Shown: positions 1 to 6,765, counted from the first letter of the stretch. The stretch is 6,838 bases of DNA from Nanobdellota archaeon (GCA_020697515.1 JAIXNB010000014.1:1-6838), one strand, 5' to 3'. A program made the numbers and translations. The notes: generated by a model not told the origin, from the letters alone.

Positions 1-212
1 CGGGCTGTCCGACGAGGGCAGGCCCGGTAGCTACGCCGTAAGGGGTAAGCCCTGAAAGCATCTAAGGGCGAACCCTATCCCGAAAAGAGGCGGCCATAAA
101 GGGCGCGGGTAGAAGACCCGGTTGATGGAGCGGCGGTGTAAGCCCCGAGGGGAAAACCCGAGGGGCGAGCCGACCGTCCCCAATCGCCCGTAAGGGTCGC
201 GTATGACCCCCT
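1..212 (+). rRNA. rrl: 23S (large-subunit) rRNA, 3'-terminal ~210 nt; the 5' part lies outside the window and the mature 3' end is approximate (about 205-220)
   Basis: Contains the conserved LSU 3'-domain string CCTGAAAGCATCTAAG (51-66), then GTTGATGGAGCGGCGGTGTAAGC (121-143) and CCGACCGTCCCCAATCGCCCGTAAGG (170-195). These are colinear with the E. coli 23S 3' end as I recall it (GCTGAAAGCATCTAAG...GTTGATAGG..GTGTAAGC...CCGGTACTAATGAACCGTGAGG). I counted 144/220 G+C (65%), versus an AT-rich remainder. No ORF is present. Composition changes abruptly at 220/221. Confidence 0.85.
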
Positions 213-220
213 AGACCCCG

Positions 221-264
221 ATTTAGTAAATTTTAAATCTAAAAACCACCAAGAATGTTAATTT
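221..264. terminator. Convergent termination spacer between the 23S rRNA 3' end (+) and the aCPSF1 stop (-)
   Basis: 44-nt AT-rich spacer. The - strand has GGTGGTTTTTAG (T5 at + 241-245) 20 nt after the aCPSF1 stop. The + strand has ATTTAGTAAATTTTAAATC directly after the GC-rich rRNA flank. Confidence 0.35.
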
Positions 265-2136
265 TTAATCTAATCTAATAGCATCCCCTATTTTTGGAAT
301 ATAAGTTTCTATATTGAAGGTTTTCTTTAATTTTGATGCAAGTTCAAATGGCTTTGGAGGCTCTCCATGCACTATTATAGTTTGTCTAGGTCTTGGTGAT
401 AGTCTACCCACAAAATGTACTAGTTCTCGCCTATCAGCATGACCCGAAAATCCATCATATTTTTTATACTTTAACTTAACTTGAACTCTTTCTTTATCAA
501 GTATAAATTCTTTTTCTCCATCCAATATTCTCCTTCCAAGAGTCCCCTTAGCTTGATATGAAACAAAAGCTAAAAGATTCTTCTCATTTTCAGCTCCATA
601 TTTAAAATAATCCACAATGGGTCCTCCATTCATCATACCTGAAGTAGCTACGATTATTGCTGGTTCCTCACTCTCCATTATATTTTTTCTTTCCTTAGGA
701 CTAGCTCTCATGATAAATTCCTGCTCAAATGGATTTTTTCCTTCTATAATTTCCTTTTGCAAATTTTTTGATAGGAATTCCGGATATGCTGTATGGATCA
801 TAGAAGTTTCCCACAATATCCCTTCAATATATATTGGAACTTCTGGGATTTCTTTATTCAAAATAGCTTCCGATAGTTCTAGTAATATCTCTTGTGCCCT
901 CCCTACAGCAAGAACAGGTATTAACACTTTCCCACCCTCTTTTAGAGTACTCTTTACATCATTTATAAATTCCTTTTCAACATCTTGTCTAGGCGGATGA
1001 TAATCTTCTTTACCACCATATGTACTCTCAATTATTAAGGTTTCTAATCTTGGGAACTTTGTAATTGGCTTATCTAAAAGTCTCCCAGGAAACACTTTCA
1101 AGTCTCCTGTATATAGAATATTGTGTTTGTTTGCAATATTCATATGAATCATTGCAGAACCCAGAATATGTCCTGCATTTTGAAAAGTTATTTTTATGTC
1201 TGGTGTAATATCAGTCACTTCTCCGTAATCTAGTGTTATTGTGTGTTTTAAAAACTCTTTAACTTCTTTTGCAGAAAATGGAGCTTGCTTTAATTGTCTC
1301 ATTGCGACTTTTATATAATCTAACAAAATTAATGCACCGAGATCTCTAGTTGGCTCTGTAAGATATATGGGACCTCTCCATCCGATCTTAAATAAAAATG
1401 GTAAAAATCCTATATGATCTAGATGAGCATGTGATATTACTACGGCATCTATCTGATCTATATCAAATTCTGGCAGATTCAATACTGGATAAGCATCAGA
1501 ACCAACGTTTGATACCCCTACACCAAAATCTATTATTATATTAGATTCGGGTGTTTGAAGCAGGAACGCAGACCGCCCGACCTCCCTCCCTGCACCGAGA
1601 ACACTAATCCTAACCCAATCTCTCCGGGGTTTGTCATATATCCCTGATAATATTCTTTTACCAACTTCATGGAGAAACTTAGACCTATATTCTGATTGTC
1701 TATGTAAATACTCTCTTATTACATCTATAGTTTTAGAAGATTTTAATGGCGCCCGTTTTACTCGTATATTACAAAATGTTAGAGTCCTTAAATAATTTAT
1801 TACTTCTTTATCTAGCTTCTCCGGATGATAAACTTCCAACACTACTGTAGATAAATGTTTTTCTACATAAATATTCCTTAATCCTACTTCTCTCGGCAGT
1901 GTATTTTTTATTCTTTCCACTATTATATGTTCATCGGGTAGGAATTTTGGATCTAACCTAATTTCAAATCTTTTCTTAAATTTCTGAGCTAGTTGTTTTC
2001 CTATTTCAAAACCTCTAGCAAATAATTCTTTATCTTTGACGTATATCACTATTTTTGCTGCTTCAAATTTAACATCTGATACAGTTCCTAGTGGAAATTC
2101 CTTTAGTATATCTTCTTGTATTTTCAACATAATCAT
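265..2136 (-). CDS. fttA: aCPSF1 / FttA: KH-KH-metallo-beta-lactamase-beta-CASP ribonuclease (archaeal CPSF73 homologue, transcription termination factor)
   Basis: 623-aa ORF starting at ATG (a second in-frame ATG lies at 2130) and ending at TAA. The N-terminal ~170 aa resemble tandem KH domains (EFPLGTVSDVKFEAAKIVIYVKDKELF). MBL motifs present: ISHAHLDHIGFLP (HxHxDH), NAGHILGSA, YTGDLK. Beta-CASP motifs present: IIESTYGG (A), FSGHADRREL (B), IIVHGEP (C). Length and architecture match archaeal aCPSF1. Confidence 0.93.
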   Translation of the reverse strand: MIMLKIQEDILKEFPLGTVSDVKFEAAKIVIYVKDKELFARGFEIGKQLAQKFKKRFEIRLDPKFLPDEHIIVERIKNTLPREVGLRNIYVEKHLSTVVLEVYHPEKLDKEVINYLRTLTFCNIRVKRAPLKSSKTIDVIREYLHRQSEYRSKFLHEVGKRILSGIYDKPRRDWVRISVLGAGREVGRSAFLLQTPESNIIIDFGVGVSNVGSDAYPVLNLPEFDIDQIDAVVISHAHLDHIGFLPFLFKIGWRGPIYLTEPTRDLGALILLDYIKVAMRQLKQAPFSAKEVKEFLKHTITLDYGEVTDITPDIKITFQNAGHILGSAMIHMNIANKHNILYTGDLKVFPGRLLDKPITKFPRLETLIIESTYGGKEDYHPPRQDVEKEFINDVKSTLKEGGKVLIPVLAVGRAQEILLELSEAILNKEIPEVPIYIEGILWETSMIHTAYPEFLSKNLQKEIIEGKNPFEQEFIMRASPKERKNIMESEEPAIIVATSGMMNGGPIVDYFKYGAENEKNLLAFVSYQAKGTLGRRILDGEKEFILDKERVQVKLKYKKYDGFSGHADRRELVHFVGRLSPRPRQTIIVHGEPPKPFELASKLKKTFNIETYIPKIGDAIRLD

Positions 2137-2152
2137 GAAACTTAAACATCTG

Positions 2153-2175
2153 AAGCTTAAATTTTTATTTATGAG
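2153..2175 (-). promoter_or_regulatory. Putative TATA promoter of aCPSF1/fttA
   Basis: The - strand reads CTCATAAATAAAAATTTAAGCTT, with ATAAATAAAAATTT at -36 to -23 relative to the ATG at 2136. No Shine-Dalgarno follows (CAGATGTTTAAGTTTC). Confidence 0.45.
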
Positions 2176-2246
2176 TTATCTCTTGATTAGTTTCATTAAA
2201 ACTTAAAAATATAATTACTAGGTTTTAAATTTAGAATGCAGATTGG

Positions 2247-2260
2247 AAAAGTATGAAAAA
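2247..2260 (-). terminator. Oligo-T termination signal downstream of psmB
   Basis: The - strand reads TAA-CTGC-TTTTT-CATAC-TTTT immediately after the stop codon (2265-2267). Confidence 0.4.
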
Positions 2261-2264
2261 GCAG

Positions 2265-2888
2265 TTAGCTAGTTTTACTCTCAGAATTGCTTATCTTTAT
2301 TAGCTCTCTATCTATTCCCTTATCTGTTATAGAAACAATTTCTATTCCATCTCCGGATGCCATATCTCTCTGTATTGCAGTATATATCGCTTTCCTCGCG
2401 AGATCTTTAGCTTCTTCTAAAGATAAGTTTTCATTATACTCCGCTTCAAGGACACCTAATGCAAACATCATTCCGGATCCTGTTGCAATAAATCTCTTTT
2501 CTTCAATTATTGAACCAGCAGGATCTAAAGTATATATTCCAAAATCTCCATTATCTTTTCCAGCAACGATCACTTCTACTAAGTAAGGTAATAACCTTCT
2601 TGCATACATCATTGTAGATAAGAAATATGCCGCTTCTCTTGCTGTTACTTTCTTTCCTGATCTCAATTCTTTTAATTTTAGATTTGCAGATAGTATTTTT
2701 GCTAGAAACTGTAAGTCTGCATAAACTCCTGCAGCTGCAATTATGATATTATCTGTTATCTGTATCATTTTTTCACCCTCTTTGGAGTATACTAAATACC
2801 CCCAAGATACTCTTTTATCAGAAGCTATAACAATCCCGCCTTTGGTTCTAATAGCTACAACAGTAGTACCGGTTTTTCTTTCTTGCAT
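2265..2888 (-). CDS. psmB: Proteasome (20S) beta subunit, catalytic, with a short 7-aa propeptide
   Basis: 207-aa ORF, ATG to TAA. MQERKTG|TTVVAIRTKGGIVIASDKRVS gives the Ntn-hydrolase Thr1 after a G|T processing site. Asp17 and Lys33 are at the expected positions counted from Thr1. GSG (ATGSGMMFA) and the overall length are typical of archaeal PsmB. Confidence 0.95.
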   Translation of the reverse strand: MQERKTGTTVVAIRTKGGIVIASDKRVSWGYLVYSKEGEKMIQITDNIIIAAAGVYADLQFLAKILSANLKLKELRSGKKVTAREAAYFLSTMMYARRLLPYLVEVIVAGKDNGDFGIYTLDPAGSIIEEKRFIATGSGMMFALGVLEAEYNENLSLEEAKDLARKAIYTAIQRDMASGDGIEIVSITDKGIDRELIKISNSESKTS

Positions 2889-2901
2889 AGAAAGTAAGGG
2901 G

Positions 2902-2919
2902 TATAAAAAATTTAAGCTT
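2902..2919 (-). promoter_or_regulatory. Putative BRE/TATA promoter of psmB, overlapping the tbp stop codon
   Basis: The - strand reads AAAGCTTAAATTTTTTATAC, with CTTAAATTTTTTATA at -28 to -14 relative to the psmB ATG. The TAA inside it is the tbp stop (2912-2914). Confidence 0.45.
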
Positions 2920-3463
2920 TGGCATATTTGCTAATTATCTCTTTTTCAAATAATCTTATAACTTCTTCTACTTCTCCATCGGATTTTGCTCCGGTACATA
3001 CAAATTTACCTGTTCCGAATACTAGGAAAGTGGTATTTCCTCTATCAGGAGGATATCTTACTATTGCACCTGGAAACTGTTCTGGATCATATTGGACGAA
3101 GTCCAATTCTGTCACCATCCTCATCAAATCGATATTCTTATATTCGAATTGTCCCGAGACAACATAGTTCTGAACATCTATTTCATAATTACTGGAGGTT
3201 TTTATTCCCATTTGTTTTAATACTGATCTTAATTTTTCTATCATCTCCTTTGCTTCTTTAACAGATTTACTCCCAGTTACTATTATCTTTCCACTATTAA
3301 ATACTAACATAGTTGGTGTTTCTTTTTCGAATCTTAATATCAATCCAGGAAACTGCTCAGGGTTATAATCAGCATTTGGAAGCTCAACAGCTAGTTTTTC
3401 CAATGGTATGTTTGTTTTAAGATCTGCAGAAACAACTAAATTCTTGACTTTCCATTGCGCCAT
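2912..3463 (-). CDS. tbp: TATA-box binding protein (TBP), about 183 aa from the ATG at 3463
   Basis: Two imperfect TBP repeats: NLVVSADL...YNPEQFPGLILRF...LVFNSGKIIVTGSKS and NYVVSGQF...YDPEQFPGAIVRY...LVFGTGKFVCTGAKS. The supplied ORF extends to 3517, but that codon is TTG (the + strand reads caa). The extension (TEQFLTFKNINCKKYFY) is non-TBP-like and would overlap the T-run and TATA signals. The ATG at 3461-3463 (MAQWKVKNLVV) gives a canonical TBP length. Confidence 0.9.
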   Translation of the reverse strand: MAQWKVKNLVVSADLKTNIPLEKLAVELPNADYNPEQFPGLILRFEKETPTMLVFNSGKIIVTGSKSVKEAKEMIEKLRSVLKQMGIKTSSNYEIDVQNYVVSGQFEYKNIDLMRMVTELDFVQYDPEQFPGAIVRYPPDRGNTTFLVFGTGKFVCTGAKSDGEVEEVIRLFEKEIISKYAKA

Positions 3464-3484
3464 ATAAAAATATTTTTTGCAATT

Positions 3485-3500
3485 AATATTTTTAAAAGTT
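3485..3500 (-). promoter_or_regulatory. Putative TATA promoter of tbp
   Basis: The - strand reads AACTTTTAAAAATATT, with TTTTAAAAATATT at -34 to -22 relative to the ATG at 3463. It lies inside the TTG-extended ORF, which argues against that extension. Confidence 0.5.
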
Positions 3501-3522
3501 AAAAACTGCTCTGTCAAAAAAA
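3501..3522 (-). terminator. Oligo-T termination signal downstream of ileS
   Basis: The - strand reads TAA-G-TTTTTTT-GACAGAGCAG-TTTTT. T7 is at + 3516-3522, one nt after the stop, and T5 is at 3501-3505. Archaeal intrinsic termination uses oligo-T tracts. Confidence 0.45.
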
Positions 3523-3523
3523 C

Positions 3524-6500
3524 TTATTCGAAGCCCGCCTTTACTTTGATAACGTGTTTCTTTATCTTAAATTCCTTTTCTTTCTTTACATTTATCTTTA
3601 TATCTTCAAAGAATATTGTAGAATCTGTAACTTTAGATAGTCTACTCAAGTTTTCTTCAATTATGTTCTTTATATAATCATCTGTTTTTAATATAAATAC
3701 GACCTTTTCACCTCTTCTTAATCCAAGTTCTTTTCTTAGGTTTTGTAGTCTTCTTTGAATTTCTCTCAATACACCCTCCTTTAACAGTTCTTCATCTTCC
3801 TCAGTGTTGTATGCTATGTAGAACCTTTTATCTTCTGACTTCTCACAAGTTCCCGGTATTCTTCCTATGTGTACTTTTTTAACATTTAGTTTTACTTTTA
3901 TTATTCCTGCGAGTTTTTTCAGAGTGTTTTCAGTTTTTTCGTCTTTTGGTTCTATGTACACCTCCTTTAATGGCCATCTTAAAGATATTCCTAGTTTATC
4001 TCTGAGTCTTAACCCACTTTCTAAAACCTGTTTAAGTATTTCTGCTTCCTTTTCTATCTCATCATTTATATACTCTTCCCTGCTTTTAGGCCAGGGTATC
4101 AGGTGTATGGATATGTTATTTCCTCCAAATGCCTCTTTTAGGTTTTGATAGATTTTTTCAGTTATAAATGGGGTAACTATAGATAACATGTTTATAGTGT
4201 CTCCTAAAACAGTATATATAACCCATAGAACAGTCTTTGAATCCTCTTGCAATCTCTCTCTATTTAATTTTATATAGAATCTTGATAGTTCAGTGTATAA
4301 TCTCTCTAGGAGCCTTCCCACTTTCCACAGTTCATAATTCTCTAAAGCTTTTTCTATCTCCTTTTTGGTTTTTTCTAGAAGGTGTAGTATGTATTTATCA
4401 GACCACTCTAATTCTGGTTTTACTTCCCGGGGGTTTATGTTATAATATTTTGCTTGCTCGACTAGATATACATGAGTATTCCATAGTATATTTAAACTAT
4501 CTAATTTGACTCTAATCTCTTTTGGATCTATCTTAATATCCTCATAGGCTTTGGCAGCGGATGAGAGATATAATCTAACAGCATCCGCGCTATATTCTTT
4601 TATCAAATCAAATGGGTCGATAACATTACCTAAAGACTTTGACATTTTTAATCCTTGGGAATCTAGTGTGAATCCATGGACATATACGTTTCTATATGGG
4701 ATATCACCAAAGTATATTTTACCTAGTATGGCTAACGAATAGAACCACCCTCGTAGTTGGTCTAGTCCTTCTATTATGAAATTTATTGGATAAATTGGAG
4801 GTATTCTGGAGGCATATGGAGCAGATCCTGAATCTATCCATACATCTACCACGTCTGGTACACGCTTCATAGTACAGTTACAAACAGGACATCTAAATGT
4901 AAATGTATCCACAAACGGTTTATGCAAATCATAGTTATATACTCTTATGAGCTCATAATCTCTTTGACCAAGAGATCTAACTATGAAATATTTTTGGGTG
5001 ATCTTATCAATTGTAGATTCTTTAAGGTTATCTACAAATATAAAAGTTTCATCCTCAACTTTCTCTATTAGATCTAATAAATCTTCTTCCTCTGCATTAA
5101 CTTTGTTCTCAATATCATAATATTCCTTCAACATGTCTTCTGCATATTCGGATTTTCTAACAACTATATAAACTTTCTTAAATTTCTTACCAGTAAGCTT
5201 CTCTAATTCTTTTATAGACCCTACAACATATATATGGCCGTTTGGGCACTTCCATACTGGTAGTGGAGTTCCCCAATATCTCTGCCTAGATACCACCCAA
5301 TCAGGAGCAGTTTTTATTACATTTGTAAATGCTTCCTTAGCGAATGTGGGTATATATCTTACTTTTTCTAAATCTTGTATTAACTCATCCTTTAGTTTTT
5401 GAATATTCAGAAACCATTGTTCAGTTGTTCTTATTATCAACTTTGTTCCACATCTCCAGCATACTGGATAATCATGCTCATACCATTCAAAGTGTATGAG
5501 TAATTTCTTATCTTTTAACAAATTAACCCATTTAAGATCGTCGAACTTAGCCCTCCATCCCTCAAAGAACGGCAAATTCCTTATGTAACCTTCCTCATCA
5601 ACAGTACTAAATGGTTCTACTTTATATTTTTGTGCTACTTCATAGTCTTCTGGACCACATCCGGGTGCAGCATGAACTAGGCCTGTACCTTCTTCAATAT
5701 TTACATATTCTTCAGATAACCACACGGTAAATACATTTGGGTTGTTATTTTTAATATTATCTAAAATCTCTTTTAATTCCTCGTAAAATGGGGGTATGTA
5801 CTCTTTTCCTTCTAATTCCTTACCTAAAAATGTCCTTACTATTTTATATTCTTGCACTTCTAGTTTATTCATTAGCTTTTCTACGAGATCCTTTGCTATT
5901 ATCCAATATTCTTTTCCATTTTCGTGTTCCAAACCTTCCTTCAATACTTTTTTATCTCTACTATCTATCTCCAGCTCCCTAACATATATCTTTGGGACTT
6001 CTACTAGGGCATATTCTATATTTGGATTTACTATCACCCCTAGATTGAATGTCAACGTCCAGGGAGTAGTTGTCCAAACTACTAAATATGTATTTGAGTC
6101 GTCCTTTAATTTGAATTTAACAAAAACGGAAGGATCTATTGTGGGTTTATATTTTGCATCTACATATCCTAACTCTATTTCTTGTTTGGATAATGTAGTT
6201 TGGCATCTTGGACACCACCAAACAGGTTTTTCGCCTTCATACAATAATCCCCTTTCATATGCTTTTTTGAACATAGACCAGACCCTTTCAATATATTCAT
6301 TAGCAATTGGTAAATATGGGTTGTCGGTATCTTGCCAATGAGCTATTCTTTCATATAGGTCAGTGAAAGATTTCATAGATCCATAGGCAAACTTTTTACA
6401 TTCCTCTATAAATTTTTGTACTCCTGTTTTTTCTATTTCTTTTTTATTTTTTATACCTAACTTTTTCTCTACTTTTTCTTCTATTGGTAACCCGTGCATA

Positions 6501-6751
6501 TCAAATCCAGATTGCAACCATACGTGATAACCCTTCTTAGCTTTATATCTCAGGACTACATCTTTTAATGTTCTATTCCATGTATGCCCTAAATGAACTT
6601 TACCAGTAGTATAGGGAGGCCCCTCTAGAAAATTAAAGTTTGGTTTTCCTCTTTGAGAAAGTTTCCATTTTTGGTACAACTTATTTTCTCTCCAGAATTT
6701 CAGCACATCTTCCTCCTGTTTTGTACTCCATCTCTTAGAAAGTTTATCCAT
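3524..6751 (-). CDS. ileS: Isoleucyl-tRNA synthetase (class Ia, archaeal/eukaryote-like type), 1075 aa
   Basis: ATG to TAA. HIGH motif GKVHLGHTWN (HLGH at residues 53-56). KMSKS at residues 702-706 (nt 4634-4648). IleRS-specific editing-domain signatures WTTTPWTLTFN and GTGLVHAAPGCGPEDY. Also WWCPRCQTTL, PVCWRCGTKL and RVPDVVDVWIDSGS. C-terminal domain is of archaeal type (ELLKEGVLREIQRRLQNLRKELGL). Confidence 0.95.
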   Translation of the reverse strand: MDKLSKRWSTKQEEDVLKFWRENKLYQKWKLSQRGKPNFNFLEGPPYTTGKVHLGHTWNRTLKDVVLRYKAKKGYHVWLQSGFDMHGLPIEEKVEKKLGIKNKKEIEKTGVQKFIEECKKFAYGSMKSFTDLYERIAHWQDTDNPYLPIANEYIERVWSMFKKAYERGLLYEGEKPVWWCPRCQTTLSKQEIELGYVDAKYKPTIDPSVFVKFKLKDDSNTYLVVWTTTPWTLTFNLGVIVNPNIEYALVEVPKIYVRELEIDSRDKKVLKEGLEHENGKEYWIIAKDLVEKLMNKLEVQEYKIVRTFLGKELEGKEYIPPFYEELKEILDNIKNNNPNVFTVWLSEEYVNIEEGTGLVHAAPGCGPEDYEVAQKYKVEPFSTVDEEGYIRNLPFFEGWRAKFDDLKWVNLLKDKKLLIHFEWYEHDYPVCWRCGTKLIIRTTEQWFLNIQKLKDELIQDLEKVRYIPTFAKEAFTNVIKTAPDWVVSRQRYWGTPLPVWKCPNGHIYVVGSIKELEKLTGKKFKKVYIVVRKSEYAEDMLKEYYDIENKVNAEEEDLLDLIEKVEDETFIFVDNLKESTIDKITQKYFIVRSLGQRDYELIRVYNYDLHKPFVDTFTFRCPVCNCTMKRVPDVVDVWIDSGSAPYASRIPPIYPINFIIEGLDQLRGWFYSLAILGKIYFGDIPYRNVYVHGFTLDSQGLKMSKSLGNVIDPFDLIKEYSADAVRLYLSSAAKAYEDIKIDPKEIRVKLDSLNILWNTHVYLVEQAKYYNINPREVKPELEWSDKYILHLLEKTKKEIEKALENYELWKVGRLLERLYTELSRFYIKLNRERLQEDSKTVLWVIYTVLGDTINMLSIVTPFITEKIYQNLKEAFGGNNISIHLIPWPKSREEYINDEIEKEAEILKQVLESGLRLRDKLGISLRWPLKEVYIEPKDEKTENTLKKLAGIIKVKLNVKKVHIGRIPGTCEKSEDKRFYIAYNTEEDEELLKEGVLREIQRRLQNLRKELGLRRGEKVVFILKTDDYIKNIIEENLSRLSKVTDSTIFFEDIKINVKKEKEFKIKKHVIKVKAGFE

Positions 6752-6765
6752 TAATCGGATAGGTC

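Noticed and set aside
213-264. A 5S rRNA or tRNA immediately downstream of the 23S gene
   Set aside because: Only about 50 nt are available before the aCPSF1 stop codon. Beyond 220 the sequence is AT-rich with no stem potential.
617-1000. 127-aa + strand ORF antisense to aCPSF1, along with the other + strand ORFs at 2287-2586, 2743-2934, 2919-3167, 2986-3261, 3477-3677, 3867-4148, 4237-4509, 4551-4742, 5788-5982 and 5796-6341
   Set aside because: All lie entirely or mostly within strongly supported - strand genes. Their translations are S/F/L/I-rich and low in complexity with no recognisable motifs. That is expected from reading the antisense of K/E/I-rich AT-rich genes. None has a promoter-like context of its own.
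2130-2136. An alternative start for aCPSF1 at the second ATG (MIM...)
   Set aside because: The two in-frame ATGs, two codons apart, cannot be distinguished from sequence alone. I kept the upstream one because it leaves TATA-to-ATG spacing like that of the other genes. The difference is inconsequential.
2137-2264. A small RNA (C/D-box sRNA, tRNA or split-tRNA half) or micro-ORF in the largest spacer (128 nt)
   Set aside because: There is no RUGAUGA/CUGA box pair on either strand and no GC-rich segment, which structured RNAs in this GC-contrasted genome should show. No cloverleaf-like complementarity is visible. The only ORFs are 6-7 codons long. A 7-bp A/T inverted repeat (TTAAAAC 2196-2202 / GTTTTAA 2222-2228) is too weak and too likely by chance in this composition. 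The spacer is adequately explained by the psmB terminator plus the aCPSF1 promoter.
4937-5182. Intein or mobile insertion as the explanation for the extra IleRS segment
   Set aside because: The segment is only about 80 aa. There is no Cys/Ser/Thr at the N-terminal junction, no His-Asn followed by Cys/Ser/Thr at the C-terminal junction, and no homing-endonuclease motifs. Its nucleotide composition is indistinguishable from the rest of the gene.
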